A stretch of DNA of 64,000 nt from positions 3,141 to 67,140 of the forward strand of contig DATJJI010000163.1 in the NCBI GenBank assembly GCA_035492275.1, in the 5' to 3' direction. Source of the stretch: Mucilaginibacter sp. GTDB taxonomy: Bacteria > Bacteroidota > Bacteroidia > Sphingobacteriales > Sphingobacteriaceae. Made by a program: the position numbers and the translations under genes. Under the pieces are notes generated by a model. That model did no database searches. It had not been told where the DNA came from and worked only from the letters and a program-made list of their open reading frames with translations. Positions 58,002-64,000 of the stretch are shown here, in pieces (within the stretch, counting starts at the first letter, position 1; each line of letters opens with the position of its first letter).

Positions 58002-59468
58002 ATGAAATTTAGAAAATTACTTATTTACATGGGCCTTGCCATGATCGTTGTGGAAGGTTGTAAGAAAAATAACGATACACCACCAACCGGCTCGACAGGT
58101 ACTACAGGCAGCACCGGGATGACCGGAAGTACAGGTTCAACAGGTACCACTGTTACTAACTATAGCCTTACAGAAACTTTTGAAAGCGGCTCAAAAACAG
58201 CTTATGCCGCGGCCGATGTTATTTTAAGTACAGGCAGCTGGAATTTTAATGATGCCCTGATAGGCAATTTAGCGGCTGATGCCAAAGACGGCAATCAATC
58301 AGTTCGTATACGTACCGGTGATATCGCTACTAATTTTGATATCAACGGCCTTACACAAATTATTGTAAAACATGCCAAATACGGTAATGATGCAGCATCA
58401 ACCTGGATGTTAAAAATATCGACAGATGGCGGTGCTAATTATACCCAATTAGGCCAAACCATTAATGAAACCAGCACTACTTTAGTGGCTGATACATTTA
58501 AGGTAACTACTACCGGAAAATTAAGGTTTGAAATTATAAAAACCGGCACTAACCGTATTAATATTGATGACATTACATTTAAAGGTACCGGCGATCCGGG
58601 CATTACTATAGGTTTGCCTGATACCGGCGGAGCTGATACAACCGGTACTTCAACATCGGCAGCTACCAGGGGTGTAACTGTTGGTACTGATGCCCCACCT
58701 GCAAGCGGCGACAACAGCAACTTATTGCTGGGTAACCCATCGGCTGCAATGGCAACAATGGCTTCTAATACCAATTATTTGCTTGACCAGGGCTATTATG
58801 TCGAATCATACAATAGTGTAAAAGGTGAACCAAACTGGGTAAGCTGGCACCTGGACGCATCAAACATTACCAACGCAACCGGCCGTTTAGATAATTTTGC
58901 AGGATACAATGGTTTGCTTGCAGGCTGGTATACTGTACAAAGCAACAGCTATAGCGGTTCAGGTTTCGACAGGGGTCATAACTGTCCATCGGCCGACAGA
59001 ACAAGCTCGGTTAATGCAAACTCTGCAACCTTCCTGATGACCAATATGATACCGCAGGCACCGCAAAATAACCAGCAAACCTGGGCTAATCTTGAAAACT
59101 ACCTGCGCGACCAGGTAGTATCAGGTAACGAGGTTTATATTATTATGGGCAGCTATGGCTCGGGTGGTATTGGTTCAATAGGTACAACTCCGGTTACATC
59201 TATTAACGGCGGCCATGTAAACGTGCCAAGTAATGTTTGGAAAGTAGCTGTAATATTACCTGCAGGCAATGGTGATATCAGCCGTATAACTTCGTCAACA
59301 AGAGTTATAGCGGTGAATACACCTAACGTTAATACAATAAATTCCGACTGGTCACAATACATCGTTACCGTTCGCGATATTGAAACCGCTACCGGTTATA
59401 ACTTGTTCTCTAATTTACCTCAAAGTGTTCAGGACGCTATTGAAACTAAAAAAGATGCGGGTAAATAA
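58002..59468 (+). CDS. Surface lipoprotein DNA/RNA non-specific endonuclease (NucA/EndoG family)
   Basis: Lipoprotein-type signal (EGC), TGSTG linker repeats, N-terminal beta-sandwich, FDRGHNCPSADR, TFLMTNMIPQ. Confidence 0.92.
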   Translation: MKFRKLLIYMGLAMIVVEGCKKNNDTPPTGSTGTTGSTGMTGSTGSTGTTVTNYSLTETFESGSKTAYAAADVILSTGSWNFNDALIGNLAADAKDGNQSVRIRTGDIATNFDINGLTQIIVKHAKYGNDAASTWMLKISTDGGANYTQLGQTINETSTTLVADTFKVTTTGKLRFEIIKTGTNRINIDDITFKGTGDPGITIGLPDTGGADTTGTSTSAATRGVTVGTDAPPASGDNSNLLLGNPSAAMATMASNTNYLLDQGYYVESYNSVKGEPNWVSWHLDASNITNATGRLDNFAGYNGLLAGWYTVQSNSYSGSGFDRGHNCPSADRTSSVNANSATFLMTNMIPQAPQNNQQTWANLENYLRDQVVSGNEVYIIMGSYGSGGIGSIGTTPVTSINGGHVNVPSNVWKVAVILPAGNGDISRITSSTRVIAVNTPNVNTINSDWSQYIVTVRDIETATGYNLFSNLPQSVQDAIETKKDAGK

Positions 59469-59485
59469 TAATTAACTCATTTTAA

Positions 59486-59523
59486 AAAAAGACCTGTTCA
59501 GTGTATATTGAACAGGTCTTTTT
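59486..59523 (+). terminator. Intrinsic terminator after the nuclease gene
   Basis: AAAAAGACCTGTTCA-gtgtatat-TGAACAGGTCTTTTT. Confidence 0.85.
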
Positions 59524-59540
59524 ATTTAACCTTTATCCAC

Positions 59541-60062
59541 ATGAAAAACATCTTATCCTTAATTATTATTGCTTTGATCTGTTTTACAGGTATAACTTAT
59601 TCACAAACACCAAAGCCCAGCAACCGCATTAATTATGACGATCTTTTCCTGGTTTATAAGCAAACCCATATTAAAGTTGCCGCCATCAACCCAAAAAATA
59701 TTGTAAGCCTGTTAGGTAAACCTTTTCAGATTAAAACAGAGCAGTCAAAAATGAGCAACGCAATGATTACAACTTACTATTATCATTATTTTGGCGAGGT
59801 ATACTTTGAAAAAGATCAGTTAACCGGCATTGATATTCGGAATAAAGCGTGGGCCTTTATTTTTAAAATAAATAATAAAATGAGTTTACCCTATACGATG
59901 GGTTCTGATATAACTCCGTTAAAAACTCTTTTCCCGCAATCATGGGCCAACAGGCATGATAATTTAATGCATGTTTTTATAGGTAACAGCGATACAAGTG
60001 TTGTATTTGAAATAAAAGGAGATCGTATTATAAATCTTAATTTATTTTCTGACGAATCCTGA
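59541..60062 (+). CDS. Hypothetical secreted protein
   Basis: ATG at 59541, signal peptide MKNILSLIIIALICFTGITYSQ. Confidence 0.7.
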   Translation: MKNILSLIIIALICFTGITYSQTPKPSNRINYDDLFLVYKQTHIKVAAINPKNIVSLLGKPFQIKTEQSKMSNAMITTYYYHYFGEVYFEKDQLTGIDIRNKAWAFIFKINNKMSLPYTMGSDITPLKTLFPQSWANRHDNLMHVFIGNSDTSVVFEIKGDRIINLNLFSDES

Positions 60063-61055
60063 TCACAAACCCAACTTTGCTGATATCTCCAGCATACGCC
60101 CAATTGGTTTTACCGCTTTTTCAGTAATATGTGCCGGAACTTCAATTTCCGGCATTTCATTTTTAAGGCATAAATAAAGCTTCTCAAGCGTGTTCCGTTT
60201 CATGTGAGGGCAATCATTGCAGGCGCAATTATTGTTTGGTGGAGCGGGTATAAACACCTTATCCGGGTTTTCTTTTTGCATCTGATGAATGATGCCCGGC
60301 TCGGTAGCTACAATAAACTCTTTATCGGGATGACTGGTAGCGTATTTTAGTATACCGGTTGTTGAGCCAATATAATCAGCCATCTGCAATATCACTTCTT
60401 CACATTCAGGATGGGCCAGTAATTTTGCTCCCGGATGGCGCTCTTTTAGTTTGGTTATTTTCTCCCGCGAAAATATTTCATGGACCATACAGGCTCCGTT
60501 CCATAAAACCAGGTCGCGGCCGGTTTTTTTGGCGACGTAGGCGCCCAAATTTTTATCAGGACCGAATATTATTTTTTGGTCGGCCGGTAAGCTTTCCACA
60601 ATTTGTATGGCATTGCTTGAGGTACAAACAATATCACTCAACGCTTTTAATTCGGCCGTGCAGTTTACGTAGGTGATCACCAGGTGGTCGGGATATTGCT
60701 CCTTAAACTTTTTAAACAAGTGCGGCGGGCAGCTATCGGCTAAGGAGCATCCGGCCTTCGCGTCGGGCAGTAAAACCTTTTTTGCTGGTGATAATATCTT
60801 CGCTGTTTCGGCCATAAAGTGCACCCCGGCGAAAACAATAATATCGGCATCGGTTTTTGCGGCTTGTTGTGATAAACCCAAACTATCTCCAATATAGTCT
60901 GCAACGTCCTGTATATCAGGTTCCTGATAATAATGAGCCAGTATAACCGCATTTTTTTCTTTTTTTAATTTTTCTATTTCATCAAAAAGGTCAAGCGATG
61001 GATCTATAAATTCATCGGCGTAGCCTTTCAGGTTTATTTCTTCGAAGGTATTCAT
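60063..61055 (-). CDS. nadA: Quinolinate synthase
   Basis: [37 protein letters not shown]. Confidence 0.97.
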   Translation of the reverse strand: MNTFEEINLKGYADEFIDPSLDLFDEIEKLKKEKNAVILAHYYQEPDIQDVADYIGDSLGLSQQAAKTDADIIVFAGVHFMAETAKILSPAKKVLLPDAKAGCSLADSCPPHLFKKFKEQYPDHLVITYVNCTAELKALSDIVCTSSNAIQIVESLPADQKIIFGPDKNLGAYVAKKTGRDLVLWNGACMVHEIFSREKITKLKERHPGAKLLAHPECEEVILQMADYIGSTTGILKYATSHPDKEFIVATEPGIIHQMQKENPDKVFIPAPPNNNCACNDCPHMKRNTLEKLYLCLKNEMPEIEVPAHITEKAVKPIGRMLEISAKLGL

Positions 61056-61463
61056 TTCAACAATTCAATTAATAACAACTAATTATTTATATAAAAAGAA
61101 ACTATTGTTATTGGTGTGTTAGTTATGTTTAAAAATAGACTGCAAAAGTGTAACTAATTTTTCTTTCAACCATTTATTAACACGAAATGTAACTTTCATG
61201 TTATACACTATATTGATTATTAGATTGATATGATAATCAAGTTTTATTTTAAAAACATATTTGTTAATATTTTATTGGTAGATATAATGTTAGTTTCGCA
61301 GTTAAATAAGCTCAAAAGTCGCTCAAAAAATGATAGCATTATCAGCAAAAAGTAAGGTTATCCACTATTTAATTATTTATTAAGTTTTTGCTTACACAAA
61401 ATTAACATCTTTGAACCCTATTGTTAACATACTTTTAATTTTTACACATATAACATCTATTTT
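61056..61463. other. Candidate chromosomal replication origin (oriC)
   Basis: 408-bp very AT-rich spacer with several DnaA-box-like 9-mers and a box-box-trio-AT run on the minus strand (61134 to 61081). Confidence 0.55.
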
Positions 61464-63056
61464 ATGACCAGAACTGTGGATTTCCTGGTAGTTGGTTCGG
61501 GCATTGCCGGATTAAGTTTTGCACTAAAAGCGGCTAATCATGGTAAGGTTCTGATAGTTACAAAATCAAACGAAGATGAATCAAACACTAAGTATGCCCA
61601 GGGTGGTGTCGCGGTGGTTGTTGATAAAAAAGAAGATTCTTTTGAAAAACATATAAAAGACACCTTAATTGCCGGTGATGGCCTTTGTGATAAAGAAGTT
61701 GTTGAAATTGTTGTTAAAGAAGGACCGGATCGGATCAATGAAATTATTGATTATGGAACCAGTTTCGATAAGACAAACGAAGGGTTTTATGACCTGGCAA
61801 AAGAAGGAGGGCATTCCGAATTCAGGGTATTACATTATAAAGATATTACGGGCTTTGAGATAGAGCGTTCATTATTAGAACAGATCCATCAAAATCCAAA
61901 TATTGAAATACTAACACATTATTTTGCTGTCGACCTGATTACGCAGCATCATTTAGGAGCGTTTGTTAGTAAAGCATCTGACGATATAACCTGTTATGGT
62001 ATTTATGCCTTAAATACGATTAATAACCAGGTAGAAAAGATATTGTCGAAAATTACCGTGATGGCATCAGGTGGTGCAGGCCACATTTATTCGGTAACTA
62101 CCAATCCTACCATTGCAACCGGCGATGGTGTGGCCATGGTTTACCGGGCTAAAGGTAAAGTACGGAATATGGAATTTATACAGTTCCACCCTACTGCCTT
62201 ATATAATCCGGGCGATTATCCATCATTTTTAATATCAGAAGCCGTACGAGGTTTTGGTGGGATACTAAAACGTACCAATGGTGAGGAATTTATGCAGGAG
62301 TATGACGAGCGTAAATCGTTAGCGCCGCGTGATATTGTTGCCCGCGCCATTGATGCCGAGATTAAAAAATCAGGTGAAGATTATGTTTATTTAGATATCC
62401 GTCATCGCAGTAAAAAGGATATTCTGGCTCATTTCCCTAATATTTATGCTAAATGTTTGGAGATTGGTATAGATATGACTAAAGATATGATCCCGGTATC
62501 GCCGGCCTGTCATTATATGTGTGGCGGGGTATTGGTTGATCACGAAGGGGCATCATCTATTATGCGTTTATATGCCTGCGGCGAATGTTCTTCAACGGGC
62601 TTGCATGGCGCTAATCGTTTGGCATCCAATTCATTATTAGAGGCTTTGGTATTTGCGCACCGTATTTATAAAAGTGCTATAGGTCAGTTTGATCAAATTA
62701 CTATTCCTGAAAATATACCTGACTGGGATGAAAAAGGCGTAAAACTATCAAACGAAGACATTTTGGTTACCCACAACATCCGCGAAATGCAGCGCCTAAT
62801 GACTGATTATGTTGGCATAGTACGTTCTGATTTCAGGCTGGAAAGAGCCATGCGCCGTTTGGGTTTACTGTATGAAGAAACAGAATCGTTTTATAAACAA
62901 ACCAAAATATCAGTAAAGCTTTGTGAGCTGCGTAATTTAATACAGGTATCTTTCCTGGTAGTAAAATCGGCCATGATGCGTAAAGAAAGCCGGGGACTGC
63001 ATTATACTACGGATTATCCGCAGCACCAGGAGGTTTTGGAGGATACGGTGTTTTAG
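61464..63056 (+). CDS. nadB: L-aspartate oxidase
   Basis: GSGIAGL, YAQGG, EGGHS, QFHPT, HGANRLASNSLLE, ESRGLHY. Confidence 0.97.
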   Translation: MTRTVDFLVVGSGIAGLSFALKAANHGKVLIVTKSNEDESNTKYAQGGVAVVVDKKEDSFEKHIKDTLIAGDGLCDKEVVEIVVKEGPDRINEIIDYGTSFDKTNEGFYDLAKEGGHSEFRVLHYKDITGFEIERSLLEQIHQNPNIEILTHYFAVDLITQHHLGAFVSKASDDITCYGIYALNTINNQVEKILSKITVMASGGAGHIYSVTTNPTIATGDGVAMVYRAKGKVRNMEFIQFHPTALYNPGDYPSFLISEAVRGFGGILKRTNGEEFMQEYDERKSLAPRDIVARAIDAEIKKSGEDYVYLDIRHRSKKDILAHFPNIYAKCLEIGIDMTKDMIPVSPACHYMCGGVLVDHEGASSIMRLYACGECSSTGLHGANRLASNSLLEALVFAHRIYKSAIGQFDQITIPENIPDWDEKGVKLSNEDILVTHNIREMQRLMTDYVGIVRSDFRLERAMRRLGLLYEETESFYKQTKISVKLCELRNLIQVSFLVVKSAMMRKESRGLHYTTDYPQHQEVLEDTVF

Positions 63057-63146
63057 CCCCCTCTAAATCTCCCCCGGAAGGGGAGACTTTAAAAATCTTG
63101 TTTAATTTTATAAGCCCTCCCCGGAAGGGAGGGTTTGGAAGGAGCT
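63055..63146. repeat. REP-like inverted doublet between nadB and tRNA-Gly
   Basis: AGCCCCCTCTAAATCTCCCCCGGAAGGGGAGACTT ... AAGCCCTCCCCGGAAGGGAGGGTTTGGAAGGAGCT. Confidence 0.7.
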
Positions 63147-63147
63147 G

Positions 63148-63220
63148 AGCGGAAAACGGGATTCGAACCCGCGGCCTTCAGTTTGGGAAACTGATGCTCT
63201 ACCAACTGAGCTATTTCCGC
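63148..63220 (-). tRNA. tRNA-Gly (anticodon CCC)
   Basis: GCGGAAATAGCTCAGTTGGTAGAGCATCAGTTTCCCAAACTGAAGGCCGCGGGTTCGAATCCCGTTTTCCGCT folds as a cloverleaf; anticodon loop TTCCCAA. Confidence 0.96.
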
Positions 63221-63287
63221 TTGTGATATGTGAATCAAATATAGTAAATTCACTCATTCAATAATTCGCTCATTCACACATTAAAAT

Positions 63288-63803
63288 ATGCCTGTAATAT
63301 TACCTGTAAAAGATAAACACCCAAGTTGGGGAGCCGATTGCTTTATTGCCGAAAACGCGACCATTGTTGGCGATGTGATCATGGGCGATAATTGTTCGGT
63401 ATGGTTCAACGCGGTAATACGAGGCGATGTACACTATATAAAAATAGGCAATAACACCAATATACAGGATGGGGCTGTTATTCACGCTACTTATCGTTAT
63501 GCGGCAACTAACATTGGCAATAATGTTTCTATTGGGCACAATGCGCTGGTACACGGCTGTACACTTAAAGATCATACACTGGTGGGTATGGGAGCCATTG
63601 TAATGGATCATGCCGTGGTTGAAGAATACGTGATTATAGGTGCAGGCTCAGTAGTGCTCGAAAAAACTGTTTGCGAGTCAGGCTACTTGTATGCCGGTAC
63701 ACCCGCTAAAAAAATAAAACCGCTTACAGATGAGCAGCGCGCCATGCTTGACAGACTACCCAATAATTACATCATGTACTCCGGCTGGTTTACCGGGAAA
63801 TAG
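63288..63803 (+). CDS. Gamma carbonic anhydrase family (hexapeptide repeat) protein
   Basis: ATIVGDV..G..CSVWFNAVIRGDV, NIQDG..IH, GH.A.VHGC. Confidence 0.93.
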   Translation: MPVILPVKDKHPSWGADCFIAENATIVGDVIMGDNCSVWFNAVIRGDVHYIKIGNNTNIQDGAVIHATYRYAATNIGNNVSIGHNALVHGCTLKDHTLVGMGAIVMDHAVVEEYVIIGAGSVVLEKTVCESGYLYAGTPAKKIKPLTDEQRAMLDRLPNNYIMYSGWFTGK

Positions 63804-64000
63804 GTTCCTTTGGTATAATTAGCGGTTCTTCCAGTTCCCAATTAGCCCGCAGATCAATGATCTTATCGCTTATCCAGATATTCTCGGGTTGTGTGTTACG
63901 TTTAATGCTTCCCGGATCCCACTTGCCGTTCTTGTTATCATCATAAACTACCCTTACTGTATATTTTCCGGTAGGATAGCTTTTGTATAACAAGCTTGTA
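63790..64000 (-). CDS. 3' end of a probable Ig-like (Big_5) domain lipoprotein (partial)
   Basis: GKY.VRVVYDDNKNGKWDPG...QPE.......LRANWE; open to the window end. Confidence 0.65.
   Translation of the reverse strand, partial: TSLLYKSYPTGKYTVRVVYDDNKNGKWDPGSIKRNTQPENIWISDKIIDLRANWELEEPLIIPKEPISR

Noticed and set aside
58085-58150. TGSTG tandem repeats in the nuclease gene
   Set aside because: Ordinary flexible lipoprotein linker with diverged synonymous codons.
59533-59541. Perfect DnaA box TTATCCACA
   Set aside because: Isolated, about 1.5 kb from the oriC candidate and overlapping a start codon; could be chance.
61428-61450. NrtR operator before nadB
   Set aside because: Only one arm (TTACACAT) fits; the palindrome is too degenerate to call.
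63148-63220. tRNA-Gly as an integration site
   Set aside because: No duplicated tRNA 3' end or integrase nearby; flanks are housekeeping genes.

Overview
64-kb stretch of a Bacteroidota chromosome, most likely Sphingobacteriaceae/Mucilaginibacter-like (TAnnTTTG -7 promoters, gldH, T9SS PorP/SprF, DUF4270-glmS cluster). It is mostly housekeeping genes (mutY, HU, rne/rng, radA, carB, panCD, glmS, katA/oxyR, ffh, ruvX, holB, ricT, rmuC, thiL, nadA/nadB, tRNA-Gly). Main observations: (1) a four-gene T9SS operon in which two signal-peptide Ig-like proteins lack a CTD but end in the same unpaired 'PxPxKPxIT' strand, upstream of a short type-B CTD protein and PorP/SprF; this is a candidate strand-complementation pilus or piggy-back secretion system; (2) a probable oriC between nadA and nadB; (3) gene-cassette-like ORFs separated by 49-bp palindromic direct repeats behind a nonsense-disrupted comM; (4) three genes broken by single-base lesions; (5) small ORFs missed by the track (bS22, a 56-aa membrane protein in an efflux-less ars operon); (6) a HYC_CC_PP leader gene before a His/Met-rich outer-membrane protein; (7) many REP-like palindromes and 7-8-mer inverted microsatellites, one translated inside RadA. 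All calls come from reading the sequence by eye; no searches were run.
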